A DNA stretch of 56,178 bases, from NCBI GenBank assembly GCA_003697105.1, contig RFFQ01000160.1:1-56178 (forward strand), read 5' to 3'. The notes beneath the pieces were generated by a model that had not been told where the DNA came from, ran no database searches, and was given only the letters and a program-made list of their open reading frames with translations. This DNA comes from Gemmatimonadota bacterium (GTDB taxonomy: Bacteria; 4572-55; J002). This document shows positions 40,456 to 50,100 of the stretch, one piece after another. Each line of letters opens with the position of its first letter. Within the stretch, counting starts at the first letter, position 1. A program made the position numbers and the translations under genes.

Positions 40456-40824
40456 ATGGGAGTTATCCGCCAAATACTAGGTGCAAAGTCCAAATATGAT
40501 AAAACACTCCCCTATACGTACGAGGGGCGGGTTTACACGATTGAAGGCGATGACGACGTTTTTGAGTCCTATTTCGCCGATACCGTTTGCGGATTAGTTG
40601 AGCAACTTGCCCTCGATGAGGTCGATCCGGACAGTGTCAAAATCCTTGAAATATACCGGGGACAAGAGCGCACCATTGATGTGAAATACTGCACGGATCG
40701 CAACAACCGGTGGTTACCACGCCCAGAGATTTGCGAATCGTTACGCGGTCACTTTAAAGGACATATTGACCCCAGTTGTTGTGCTTTTCGGGATCGAAAC
40801 CGGCAAGCAGAAGGTCCCTATTAA
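40456..40824 (+). CDS. Hypothetical protein, Cys/His-containing (122 aa)
   Basis: AAGGA RBS and a clean ORF followed by a terminator. Confidence 0.8.
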   Translation: MGVIRQILGAKSKYDKTLPYTYEGRVYTIEGDDDVFESYFADTVCGLVEQLALDEVDPDSVKILEIYRGQERTIDVKYCTDRNNRWLPRPEICESLRGHFKGHIDPSCCAFRDRNRQAEGPY

Positions 40825-40827
40825 ACT

Positions 40828-40864
40828 AAAAAAGCGAGCCTATATGAGAATAGGCTCGCTTTTT
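40828..40864. terminator. Bidirectional intrinsic terminator
   Basis: AAAAAA-GCGAGCCTAT-atgaga-ATAGGCTCGC-TTTTT between convergent genes. Confidence 0.9.
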
Positions 40865-40888
40865 GGTTCTCTTCAAAATAAGGTGGGA

Positions 40889-42793
40889 TTAATTGACCAC
40901 CTCATAGTCGGTATCGACAGCACCATCATCTTTCTTCTGAGCCGTCTCTCCACCGCCACCATCACCGGCAAAGCCTTGACCGCCGGGGGTTTCTCCAGCT
41001 TGTTGCTGTTGTTGTTCGTAAAGCGGATAAAATGCTTTTTGTACCTCTTCAATGGCTTTTTCAATGGCGTCTAGGTCACTTCCATCTTTGACGTCCTTCA
41101 GCCGTTGCAAGGCGCTTTCAATACCCGATTTCACCTCGGCACTCATCTGACCACTCAGTTCCTGCAGTTGTTTTTCCGTCTGGTAGATAATTTGGTCAGC
41201 CTTATTCCGGGTTTCAACCTCTTTACGCCGTTTGTCATCTTCGGCGGCGTGTGCTTCGGCATCCTTGACCATCTTTTCAATTTCGGCTTCAGTCAAACCA
41301 CTACTTGCCGTGATCCGGATGCTTTGTTGACGACCGGTTGTCTTATCCTGTGCCATCACATGCAGAATCCCGTTGGCGTCAATATCAAATGTAACTTCGA
41401 TCTGCGGGACACCGCGTGGTGCCGGTGGGATGCCATCCAAGTGGAAACGACCCAACGATTTATTATCTGCCGCCATCTTCCGCTCGCCTTGTAAAACATG
41501 GACTTCTACCGACGGTTGGTTGTCTGCCGCTGTGGAGAAAATCTGGCTCTTTTTGGTAGGGATCGTCGTATTGCGGGGAATCAACGTGGTAAAGACACCG
41601 CCCAGCGTTTCGATTCCCAGCGAAAGTGGGGTCACATCGAGCAAGAGCACATCTTTCACATCTCCGCGCAAAATACCGCCTTGAATCGCGGCACCGATAG
41701 CAACGACTTCGTCCGGGTTGACCCCTTTATGCGGCTCACGTCCAAATAGTTTTTTCACCGTTTCCTGCACTTTCGGGATACGGGTTGAACCCCCAACCAA
41801 AATCACTTCATCGATGTCACTGGCTTGCAAACCGGCATCTTTCAGCGCATTTTTACAGGGTTCAATGGTACGGTCGATCAAGTCATCCACCAATTGTTCA
41901 AATTTGGAACGGCTCAGGGTGTAATTCAAGTGTTTTGGCCCACTGGCATCGGCGGTGATAAACGGTAAATTGATTTCCGTTTGCATGGAGCTTGACAGTT
42001 CCACTTTTGCTTTTTCAGCCGCTTCCTTCAACCGCTGGAGAGCCATCGGGTCTTTCCGCAGGTCGATGCCATAATCTTTATTGAATTCATCCGCGAGCCA
42101 GTCAATGATTCGCTGATCGAAATCATCCCCGCCAAGGTGCGTATCACCGTTGGTGGACTTGACCTCAAACACGCCGTCACCAATCTCAAGGATGGAAATA
42201 TCGAACGTCCCCCCACCGAGGTCGTAAACCGCTATTTTTTCATCACTCTTTTTATCCAAACCATATGCCAGTGATGCTGCCGTAGGTTCGTTGATGATAC
42301 GTTTGACATCTAAACCGGCAATTTTACCGGCATCTTTGGTTGCCTGACGCTGGCTATCGTTGAAATACGCCGGAACCGTGATAACAGCTTCCGTCACAGG
42401 CTCACCGAGATAATCTTCGGCGGTCTGTTTCATTTTTTGCAGAATCATCGCCGAGATTTCCGGCGGGCTGAATTTACCCGCACTGACTTCTGCCCATGCA
42501 TCGCCATTGTCCGCCGGAACTACTTTGTACGGTACTTTTTTCAGTTCTTCGCCTACTTCTGCATAGCGGCGACCCATAAATCGCTTAATCGAAAATATCG
42601 TATTTTGGGGATTTGTTACCGCTTGCCGTTTCGCCGGCTGTCCAACCAATCGTTCACCATTTTTAGTGAACGCTACAATTGACGGTGTCGTCCGACCCCC
42701 TTCGGAATTGGTGATAACTACCGGTTCACCGCCTTCCATCACAGCAACACAACTATTGGTCGTACCCAAGTCAATACCAATGATTTTACCCAT
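40889..42793 (-). CDS. dnaK: Chaperone DnaK (Hsp70)
   Basis: [40 protein letters not shown] and NPDEVVA; ATG 42793 after GGAG. Confidence 0.99.
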   Translation of the reverse strand: MGKIIGIDLGTTNSCVAVMEGGEPVVITNSEGGRTTPSIVAFTKNGERLVGQPAKRQAVTNPQNTIFSIKRFMGRRYAEVGEELKKVPYKVVPADNGDAWAEVSAGKFSPPEISAMILQKMKQTAEDYLGEPVTEAVITVPAYFNDSQRQATKDAGKIAGLDVKRIINEPTAASLAYGLDKKSDEKIAVYDLGGGTFDISILEIGDGVFEVKSTNGDTHLGGDDFDQRIIDWLADEFNKDYGIDLRKDPMALQRLKEAAEKAKVELSSSMQTEINLPFITADASGPKHLNYTLSRSKFEQLVDDLIDRTIEPCKNALKDAGLQASDIDEVILVGGSTRIPKVQETVKKLFGREPHKGVNPDEVVAIGAAIQGGILRGDVKDVLLLDVTPLSLGIETLGGVFTTLIPRNTTIPTKKSQIFSTAADNQPSVEVHVLQGERKMAADNKSLGRFHLDGIPPAPRGVPQIEVTFDIDANGILHVMAQDKTTGRQQSIRITASSGLTEAEIEKMVKDAEAHAAEDDKRRKEVETRNKADQIIYQTEKQLQELSGQMSAEVKSGIESALQRLKDVKDGSDLDAIEKAIEEVQKAFYPLYEQQQQQAGETPGGQGFAGDGGGGETAQKKDDGAVDTDYEVVN

Positions 42794-42851
42794 TCTTTCC
42801 ACTCCTTTTTTAATGCCATCACGGGATCGTCATGGCAGGTTCAAAATTTAG

Positions 42852-43157
42852 TTAATCCGTTGATTTTGATGTTGTCGTTTTGGTGGTTGATGCTGATGAA
42901 TCATTTGAACTGGTTTTAGTGGAATCCGCTGTTGAACCGTTATGTTCCGATTTCGCTTTTTGCTGATAATCTTTGCTGCGATAATCTGTGATATAGAAAC
43001 CAGAGCCTTTGAAAATAAAACCTGCTCCCGGACTAATCAGGCGTTCCACTTTACCATTTTTTCCACACAAACAGTGAGTCAACGGTTCATCTTTCATTGA
43101 TTGGAAATACTCAAACGTTTGTCCACACGATATACAACGGTAGTCATACGTTGGCAT
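42852..43157 (-). CDS. FmdB-family zinc-ribbon protein
   Basis: MPTYDYRCISCG...CLCG...FKGSGFYITDY with a Ser/Thr-rich tail. Confidence 0.9.
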   Translation of the reverse strand: MPTYDYRCISCGQTFEYFQSMKDEPLTHCLCGKNGKVERLISPGAGFIFKGSGFYITDYRSKDYQQKAKSEHNGSTADSTKTSSNDSSASTTKTTTSKSTD

Positions 43158-43174
43158 ACCTAAATCTCCTCTCT

Positions 43175-43283
43175 ACAGTTATCAGTTAGCAGTGAACAGT
43201 TAGTGTGAACAGTTGCTAATGATAAATTTACCGTCAACCCTCCTGCTAACGACTCACTGTTCACTGCTAACGGTTCACTGCTT
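43175..43283. repeat. Intergenic inverted repeat built from 7-mer units (CAGTTAG/CAGTGAA)
   Basis: Left arm GTTAGCAGTGAACAGT pairs with right arm ACTGTTCACTGCTAAC; both arms are internally repetitive. Confidence 0.75.
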
Positions 43284-43288
43284 ATTGA

Positions 43289-44788
43289 TTACCCAACATC
43301 TTTCGGTACTTTAAGCGCTACAAACATTGTATTTTCATCTCGTTGAATAAGAAATAAGACGGCATCTCCGGCTTCCAAGTTTTTCATCTCATTTTGGAAG
43401 TCTTTGATAGATTTAATTTCATGCCGGTTGATTTCCAAAATCACATCACCGGGGCGCAAACCTTCTTTCGCGGCAACACTGCGAGGCGTCACACTTGTGA
43501 TAACTAGACCTTCGACATTTTCATCTAGTCGGTAACGACGGGCACGCTCGCTGGTAATCGTAGCGACCTCAATACCGATCTTTTCCGAGACTTCTGGCTC
43601 TGCATGTTCTGCCACGACAGTTTGCGAGTCTAACTCACCTAGGGTAACCGAAACCGTTTTCTTTTTCCCATCCCGGTAATATTCTAGCTTAATTTTGGTG
43701 CCGGGGTCCATCCCCGCAATTCGATTGCGTAGGGAGGACACATCCGTTACCGGATCACCATTCAGCCCGACAATAACATCACCACGTTCCAAACCGGCTT
43801 CCAAAGCAGGACTATCTTCCATAACATCATTCACAATAACACCTCGGGTGTCTGGATCAAGACCCATAGCTTCCGCCATAGTCGCATCTAAATTTTCGAT
43901 CCAAATACCGAGCCAGCCCCGAGCAACTTTGCCATCCGTAATCAACTTTTCCATGATATTACGTGCCATATTAATCGGAATGGCGAATCCAATCCCGTCA
44001 TAACCTCCACTTCGAGTGGAAATCGCGGTGTTAATCCCGATCAATTCACCACTCATGTTGACCAGCGCACCCCCACTGTTGCCCGGATTGATGGCGGCAT
44101 CCGTTTGAATAAAATCTTCATAACCCCCTTCACGAGCCAGCAAACCGACATTGCGCCCCAATGCACTGACAATGCCTTGTGTCACGGTTGAGGAAAAACC
44201 AAACGGGGAACCAATCGCCAACACCCATTCACCGACTTCCAGTTTATCACTATCGCCCAGCCGGGCAACGGGCAGGTCATGTACTTCTTCTACAATGCGA
44301 ATCACCGCCACATCCGTTTTGGGGTCTGTACCGACGATCTCCGCTTCATAACTTTTGTTATCGTTCAGATGAACTTCTATCTCATCCGCATCTTCCACGA
44401 CGTGATTGTTGGTCAAGATATACCCATCCGAACTCACAATCACCCCAGAACCTAGCCCTTGCTGCAGTTGTTCATCGGGTATATCGGGCATAAAACGACG
44501 GAAAAAAGGGTCATCAAAAAACGGATGAAGATCACCTGTATGAACCACTTTCTCACTGGTAATTGAAACCACTGACGGCGTCACATCCTTCGCAATGGCA
44601 ACAAAAGCACGACTGGTATTTTGCAATGCTAAAATTTCCTCTGCCATCGGTTTATCGGAACCGAGTTTAGGGGTTTCTTCCGCATTCGTCAACGGCGTCA
44701 TATCAAAAGAACCGGTAATAAGCATTCCTGCCACAATTCCAATCATTAATACAAATGAAATTGCCAGTGCTTTTTGGGTAAATTTCAT
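43289..44788 (-). CDS. degP: HtrA/DegP (Do) serine protease with two PDZ domains
   Basis: GLGSGVIV, LTNNHVV, TDVAV, IQTDAAINPGNSGG and two PDZ domains. Confidence 0.93.
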   Translation of the reverse strand: MKFTQKALAISFVLMIGIVAGMLITGSFDMTPLTNAEETPKLGSDKPMAEEILALQNTSRAFVAIAKDVTPSVVSITSEKVVHTGDLHPFFDDPFFRRFMPDIPDEQLQQGLGSGVIVSSDGYILTNNHVVEDADEIEVHLNDNKSYEAEIVGTDPKTDVAVIRIVEEVHDLPVARLGDSDKLEVGEWVLAIGSPFGFSSTVTQGIVSALGRNVGLLAREGGYEDFIQTDAAINPGNSGGALVNMSGELIGINTAISTRSGGYDGIGFAIPINMARNIMEKLITDGKVARGWLGIWIENLDATMAEAMGLDPDTRGVIVNDVMEDSPALEAGLERGDVIVGLNGDPVTDVSSLRNRIAGMDPGTKIKLEYYRDGKKKTVSVTLGELDSQTVVAEHAEPEVSEKIGIEVATITSERARRYRLDENVEGLVITSVTPRSVAAKEGLRPGDVILEINRHEIKSIKDFQNEMKNLEAGDAVLFLIQRDENTMFVALKVPKDVG

Positions 44789-44811
44789 CGTGTAATCACT
44801 CCTTTCTTATC

Positions 44812-45258
44812 TTAACCGACTCTAATTTCAATTTCTTTCGCATTCGACTTTTCCAGTTTGGGCAAAATGATTTCCAACAAACCATCCCGAAACTTCGCAC
44901 TCACATTTTCCGCATCGACTTCCACAGGTAATTCAAAATTACGTACAAATCGACCATACGTGCGCTCAATCCGATGATAATTACGTCCTTTTGTGTCCGT
45001 TTCGGATTGTTTCTCACCCCGGATTGTCAGTTGAGAACCTTGTAACGTCAACTTGATATCGTTTTGATCCAGCCCCGGTAATTCTGCGTGAACGACAATC
45101 TCATTTTCGGTCTCATAAATGTCCACTGGAGGTGCCCAGGTACCTTCGGCAAAGGATTTTTCCGGGCGTAAACCGGTCACAATATCATCCAACAACTTAT
45201 TTACTTCCGTTTTGATCGCAAAAATATCCGGACGTGTACTCAGCTTGACAATTGACAT
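44812..45258 (-). CDS. Small heat-shock protein, Hsp20 family
   Basis: WAPPVDIYET, AELPG, ERTYGRFVRNFELP and DGLLEIILPK; ATG 45258 after GGAG. Confidence 0.95.
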   Translation of the reverse strand: MSIVKLSTRPDIFAIKTEVNKLLDDIVTGLRPEKSFAEGTWAPPVDIYETENEIVVHAELPGLDQNDIKLTLQGSQLTIRGEKQSETDTKGRNYHRIERTYGRFVRNFELPVEVDAENVSAKFRDGLLEIILPKLEKSNAKEIEIRVG

Positions 45259-45311
45259 ACCACTCACTCCTTTCTCTATGAGATTGAAAACTGATGTGTG
45301 ATGTGCCAAGT

Positions 45312-45329
45312 AAGCAAAGATAGAACCAA
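45312..45329 (-). promoter_or_regulatory. Putative sigma54 (-24/-12) promoter of the hsp20-degP-fmdB-dnaK operon
   Basis: Minus strand TTGG-TTCTATCTTT-GCTT has exact GG-N10-GC spacing, with an AT-rich tract upstream. Confidence 0.55.
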
Positions 45330-45490
45330 AAATAAAAAAATTTATAACTAATTGATAAATATGATGTTATAAAATCAAAAACGATGAATAACCGAGAACG
45401 TATTGAGGTTCTGAAGTAGAAATGCGCAATTATGACACAACTTGACAGAGATTTAACACTTAAAAGATACATTTCTGCCAAGATGTCATC

Positions 45491-45665
45491 TTTGAGTTTG
45501 AGGAGTTGGGGAGTTGGGGAGTTTGACGAGTTTGGGAGTTTGACGAGTTTGGGAGTTGGGGAGTTGGGGAGTTTGACGAGTTTGGGAGTTGGGGAGTTTG
45601 ACGAGTTGGGGAGTTTGACGAGTTTGGGAGTTGGGGAGTTTGACGAGTTCGGGAGTTTGATGAGC
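45491..45665. repeat. Short tandem repeat tract A (8-9 nt units GAGTTTGAC / GAGTTGGG / GAGTTTGG)
   Basis: Directly visible; produces spurious ORFs on both strands. Confidence 0.92.
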
Positions 45666-45674
45666 TTGTGATAC

Positions 45675-45925
45675 TTCACCCTTCATCCTTCATCCTTCCG
45701 CCTTCATCCTTCATCCTTCCGCCTTCCGCCTTCATCCTTCATCCTTCCGCCTTCATCCTTCATCCTTCCGCCTTCATCCTTCATCCTTCCGCCTTCACCC
45801 TTCATCCTTCCGCCTTCATCCTTCATCCTTCCGCCTTCCGCCTTCATCCTTCCGCCTTCCGCCTTCATCCTTCCGCCTTCCGCCTTCATCCTTCATCCTT
45901 CCGCCTTCCGCCTTCATCCTTCCAA
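45675..45925. repeat. Heptamer tandem repeat tract B (CTTCATC / CTTCCGC)
   Basis: Directly visible; produces 'FILHPSA' and 'GRMKDEG' spurious translations. Confidence 0.95.
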
Positions 45926-46790
45926 CCCCTTCCATCCAGAGAATTGGGATACCTAAAAGCCCGGGTAGTAGCACATTTAATCCATAGAACAGCAGGGATG
46001 CCATGAGTGCCGAAGCACGAGCCACATCAAACAAACCGAATGCAACTATCGCCCCCGCTTCTCGAATCCCCAAACCACCAATAGTGATGGCAAACGCGTT
46101 TATTCCCATCATTAGGGGAAAAGCAATGAATCCTATCCGCACAGAAACCGGTTCAAAGGCATTAATCAGGAGCAAATATTGGAGCGCATAAACCAGAAAG
46201 GCAAAAATAGAGTAGCATAAGGCAAGAACAAACTGAATGCGAGTTAGGGTTGAAGGAATATTTTGATGATAAATTCTTTGAGAGATTCGATCAAAAATCC
46301 ACTTGACCCATTGAGGGTGATTGAGCAGACTCAGGCAGAGGAGCAAAACTGCCGCAAACAACACCCAATAGTGCGCACCCCACCAAATCGCTAAACTTAA
46401 ACAGAGAAACAGCAATAACGTAAGCGACGCAAAAGCTTTATCAACCACAAACATCACCGCAATCAACCATTTTCGGTCTGATTTGAAAAAAAGAGCCCGT
46501 CCGGCCTCCCCAAAGCGCCCCGGCGTAATTAACATCAAGCTATAGCCTCCTAGCACAGAGCGTACGGATTGCCAAACGGCGGGGCGTACCAACGGCTGAA
46601 CCAGCACATGCCACCGCAAAATTTGGAACCCTAAATTGAACGGTAGTAGCGCCACAGCACCCCAAACAAAACGAGGCTGCATTTGCCGGAATGCCGCTTG
46701 TAGCGCTTCCCCCCGCGTCAAACGAATCAGCATCGTTAAAATGGCAACGGTCAGGAAAACCTTAAATACAAAAAAAAGGTATTTTTTCAT
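45816..46790 (-). CDS. Lysylphosphatidylglycerol-synthase-TM / flippase-like (YbhN-type) membrane protein
   Basis: LRWHVL, ITPGRFGEAGRA, VDK and ITIGGLGIREAG; many TM helices. The C-terminus reads into the heptamer tract. Confidence 0.85.
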   Translation of the reverse strand: MKKYLFFVFKVFLTVAILTMLIRLTRGEALQAAFRQMQPRFVWGAVALLPFNLGFQILRWHVLVQPLVRPAVWQSVRSVLGGYSLMLITPGRFGEAGRALFFKSDRKWLIAVMFVVDKAFASLTLLLFLCLSLAIWWGAHYWVLFAAVLLLCLSLLNHPQWVKWIFDRISQRIYHQNIPSTLTRIQFVLALCYSIFAFLVYALQYLLLINAFEPVSVRIGFIAFPLMMGINAFAITIGGLGIREAGAIVAFGLFDVARASALMASLLFYGLNVLLPGLLGIPILWMEGVGRMKAEGGRMKDEGGRRKDEGGRRKDEGGRRKDEG

Positions 46791-46800
46791 TTGGTTCAAC

Positions 46801-46831
46801 AAAAAACACCGCCTACAAAGAGGCGGTGTTT
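46801..46831 (-). terminator. Intrinsic terminator
   Basis: Minus strand AAACACCGCCT-ctttgt-AGGCGGTGTTTTTT. Confidence 0.8.
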
Positions 46832-46882
46832 ACGACCACTCGCTAAAGACAGACAAAGCATTTTGGGAGAATGGTCAAAAAA

Positions 46883-47131
46883 CTAAAGGCGGTTCACAAA
46901 CAAGTTGGTACCGCGAATTTCTTGGTTATTAAAAAAACAAATCTCAAACCCTTTGGTACAAGGACGGAGCAAAACCATATTGACTTCGTCATCGTCCGAG
47001 ACATAAAGGCAATCATCAAGGTCATTTACCTTGACAGCAATTGACGCCGGCGACAGCCCCAAAAACGATTCGACCTCAGCAGCGGTCGCCTGTCGATGAA
47101 ACGGTAACTGCTTGAGGATCGGTTCGTACAT
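46883..47131 (-). CDS. Small hypothetical protein (82 aa)
   Basis: ATG 47131 after a G-rich SD; flanked by its own promoter and terminator. Confidence 0.65.
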   Translation of the reverse strand: MYEPILKQLPFHRQATAAEVESFLGLSPASIAVKVNDLDDCLYVSDDDEVNMVLLRPCTKGFEICFFNNQEIRGTNLFVNRL

Positions 47132-47199
47132 GGCAACCCCCCATCTCTTGAAAATATTCGGAAAGAACAACGATGTTATGACGGACATCATTAGAAGAG

Positions 47200-47228
47200 A
47201 TAATATCACACTTCGGGTATCTTGTCAA
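47200..47228 (-). promoter_or_regulatory. sigma70-type promoter
   Basis: Minus strand TTGACA-17bp-TATTAT with TG. Confidence 0.65.
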
Positions 47229-47253
47229 ACTAAAAATTGAAAGATGTTTACTG

Positions 47254-47282
47254 TTGACAACACTTTAAGTACACAATAGTAT
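47254..47282 (+). promoter_or_regulatory. sigma70-type promoter for the symporter
   Basis: TTGACA-17bp-TAGTAT. Confidence 0.6.
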
Positions 47283-47322
47283 AGAGCCTAAAATCAGTAT
47301 CTTAACCTCCATTTTAAATGGA

Positions 47323-48732
47323 ATGATGATGAACATAATGACATTCACTCCCCTCGATGTGGCGTTAATTCTTGCCTATTTCACCGGGGTGATACTCATC
47401 GGAACCCTCGGTTCCCGTCGCCAAAAATCAGATTTAGAAGATTATCTGGTTGCCGGACGCCGGGTGACCCTTTTCCCGTTTGTAGCAACCCTCGTCACCA
47501 CCTGGTACGGCGGCATTCTGGGAGTTGGGGAATATTCGTATCAATACGGTATTGCCAACTGGATCGCCTTTGGTTTTTTTTACTACTTTTGGGCAGTGAT
47601 CTACGCCATGCTAATGTCTAAGCGAGTGCACCGTGCCCACCATTACACGATTCCTGACGAACTAACGGCCGCTTATGACCGCAAAACGGGTTTGCTGGGG
47701 GCGATATTCACCTTCGCCATGACAGTACCAGCCGCCTATATCTTGATGATCGGTACAATGATCCAATTAATTTTTGGGTGGTCTTTAGCAACTTCCGTGA
47801 TTGTAGGTACATTCTTTTCCATCGGTTATATCCTGATCGGAGGATTCCGTTCCGTAGTCAGGACGGATATCGTGCAATTTGTATTCATGTTCCTCGGCTT
47901 TGGGCTGATTCTCCCTTTTGCCATCATCAAATTCGGTGGGTTTGATTTTCTACGCTCCAACTTACCCGCGACCCATTGGGACCCCACTGGGGGGATGCAT
48001 TTTCAGGAAATTTTTGTTTGGTTTTTTATTGCCGCCGGTACAATGGTCGATCCCGGATTTTACCAGCGTTGCACAGCCGCTCAAACGGAAAAAACAGCAC
48101 AGAAAGGCATCTTCATCGCCATTGGATTCTGGTTTCTATTCGATTTGATGACTACCAGTGCCGGTCTTTATGCCCGCGCAATCCTGCCGAAACTCGATAA
48201 CCCCGTTATGGCGTATCCCATGTTAGCAGAGCACGTTTTGCCTACCGTTTTCAAAGCGATTTTTTTCATCGGGATGCTCTCTACCATCATGTCCACCATT
48301 GATAGTAACACATTCCTCGCCGCCATGACCCTAGGTAGAGACGTGATCTGGCGCTGGAAGAGTGATCCCGCCGCCGAGCCACAAGTCGGTATATATACCC
48401 AAATGGGACTCATCCTCACCGGTATCGCTTCGGTGATAATGGCGCTTTATTTTGAATCCGTGATTGACATCTGGAAAACCGTAGGAAGCATTGGCACTCC
48501 GGTACTCTTTTTACCCCTGATGACGAGCTTATATACCCGCTGGCGAGTCTCTGCCAATGTCGTCTTCGGGTCAATGGTACTCACGACCATCGTTACCGGT
48601 AGCTGGGTAATCTGGGGCGAAACGCAGGGAGCGTATCCATTCGGCATTGAGCCGATCTATCCGGGATTGCTGACATCAGCAGTGATTTTTGGGATCGGAT
48701 TGTGGCAATTCCGGGAAAAGTCATTCGGATAA
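47323..48732 (+). CDS. Sodium:solute symporter (SSS) family protein
   Basis: EDYLVAGR, GGFRSVVRTDIVQ, YQR and STIMSTIDS; about 13 TM segments. Confidence 0.92.
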   Translation: MMMNIMTFTPLDVALILAYFTGVILIGTLGSRRQKSDLEDYLVAGRRVTLFPFVATLVTTWYGGILGVGEYSYQYGIANWIAFGFFYYFWAVIYAMLMSKRVHRAHHYTIPDELTAAYDRKTGLLGAIFTFAMTVPAAYILMIGTMIQLIFGWSLATSVIVGTFFSIGYILIGGFRSVVRTDIVQFVFMFLGFGLILPFAIIKFGGFDFLRSNLPATHWDPTGGMHFQEIFVWFFIAAGTMVDPGFYQRCTAAQTEKTAQKGIFIAIGFWFLFDLMTTSAGLYARAILPKLDNPVMAYPMLAEHVLPTVFKAIFFIGMLSTIMSTIDSNTFLAAMTLGRDVIWRWKSDPAAEPQVGIYTQMGLILTGIASVIMALYFESVIDIWKTVGSIGTPVLFLPLMTSLYTRWRVSANVVFGSMVLTTIVTGSWVIWGETQGAYPFGIEPIYPGLLTSAVIFGIGLWQFREKSFG

Positions 48733-49875
48733 ATTCGGAATGTTGATAAACTGTACCATTATCAAAGAAATCAGCGCCAGCCCTGCACCCGCAATGAACG
48801 GAATCCGATAATCAACCATCCACAACATACCACCTGCGGCTGGAATCACAACTGCCGCAATATGATTGATAGTAAACCCTACCGCCATCGTAGAGGCCAC
48901 ATCCTGCGGGTCACCGATCTTCTGAAAATAAGTACGGATCGCAAACGAAAAGTTGAAAAAAATATGATCCAGTACATAAAGAACCGCCACAAGCCATTTT
49001 TCAGTTGCCAATGCATATCCGGTAAAGACAAACAACAGCGCAAGATATTCCGTCGAAAGCACCTTGCGTTCCCCAAATTTGATCACCGCCCGCCCAATCT
49101 GAGGACTTAAAAAATAGTTGATCGCATTGTTCACCACAAACAAGATGGTAATTTCCTGCACACTATAACTGAACTTTTTCACCAGCAAAAATACCGCAAA
49201 CGCCACAAAAATCTGCCGGCGCGCCCCTGCCATGAAGGTCAAAAAATAATAAAGCCAGTACGCTTTTTTCAGAAACATTTTTTTCCGTTGGTAGGGGCGA
49301 GTTTCATCTGCCGGATGGCGTGTTAATCCCCAAACACCTAGCGCGGTTACGATCCCTCCAACCAGCACATACATTTGCAAGTAACTCAAAAAGGAGGTAA
49401 ACAGCAAAATCATTACACCCACTACAATGTTAGAAACCGCCCCCAAACTCCGTTGAATACCGAAGACCCACGGCGACGTGGTTTTTTCAAAATATTGTAA
49501 GGTAAGCGATTGGTTGGTGGTTTCATAATAATGAAACCCAAAACTCATGATCACCGTCGTTAGTAAAAGGCCACTATAGGAAGGAAAAAAGCCGGTTGCG
49601 GCAACGCCAATCCCCAAACAGATGATTGATAATGCGGATAAACGATGTTCTTTCACCACGAGTAAGACAAAAATCACCAGCAGCGCCAAAAATCCGGGGA
49701 TTTCCCGCACGGACTGGATCATCCCGATGTGATAGCCTTCCAAATGCGCGATTTCCACAGCAAAATTGTTGAAAAGCGTTCGCCAGCCCTGCAGTCCAAT
49801 GGAGGAGGCAATCGTCAATACGATCAAAAATTGAAACATGGGATTGGTGCGTACATGTTTTATTCCTGTCACCAT
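48721..49875 (-). CDS. MFS transporter
   Basis: About 12 TM segments; SVREIPGFL, GARRQIF and TINHIAAV. Probable start at ATG 49875. Confidence 0.85.
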   Translation of the reverse strand: MVTGIKHVRTNPMFQFLIVLTIASSIGLQGWRTLFNNFAVEIAHLEGYHIGMIQSVREIPGFLALLVIFVLLVVKEHRLSALSIICLGIGVAATGFFPSYSGLLLTTVIMSFGFHYYETTNQSLTLQYFEKTTSPWVFGIQRSLGAVSNIVVGVMILLFTSFLSYLQMYVLVGGIVTALGVWGLTRHPADETRPYQRKKMFLKKAYWLYYFLTFMAGARRQIFVAFAVFLLVKKFSYSVQEITILFVVNNAINYFLSPQIGRAVIKFGERKVLSTEYLALLFVFTGYALATEKWLVAVLYVLDHIFFNFSFAIRTYFQKIGDPQDVASTMAVGFTINHIAAVVIPAAGGMLWMVDYRIPFIAGAGLALISLIMVQFINIPNLSE

Positions 49876-50100
49876 TCTTATACCCCAAAAGGATTCAAAT
49901 AACCTCTCAACAGCTCGTTTTACCAAATCCCCCGATGAACACGGGGCGTTTTCATCACTAACCCGATGGATTGGGTTTCCCCAATCGATAGCTTCTCCCC
50001 CGACCCCCATCCCCGAATTAACCCCAAAAACAAAAACCACTTCGCATTAATTGCGAAATGGCTTTTGAAGTTTATCTGATGATAATTTTGGTCAATCCGG

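Noticed and set aside
42813-42838. Hairpin before the dnaK RBS as an RNA thermometer
   Set aside because: The stem does not include the SD sequence; at most it is a stabilising hairpin.
45293-45310. Second sigma54-like TTGGCAC, or a CIRCE half-site, upstream of hsp20
   Set aside because: There is no GC at the -12 distance and no second CIRCE arm.
45491-45925. Possible CRISPR array
   Set aside because: Units are 7-9 nt, contiguous and without unique spacers; no cas genes in the window.
45197-46006. ORFs 45197..45679, 45432..45671, 45486..45686, 45668..46006 and 45704..45889 with repetitive translations
   Set aside because: They are by-products of stop-poor tandem repeats open in several frames on both strands, with no RBS.
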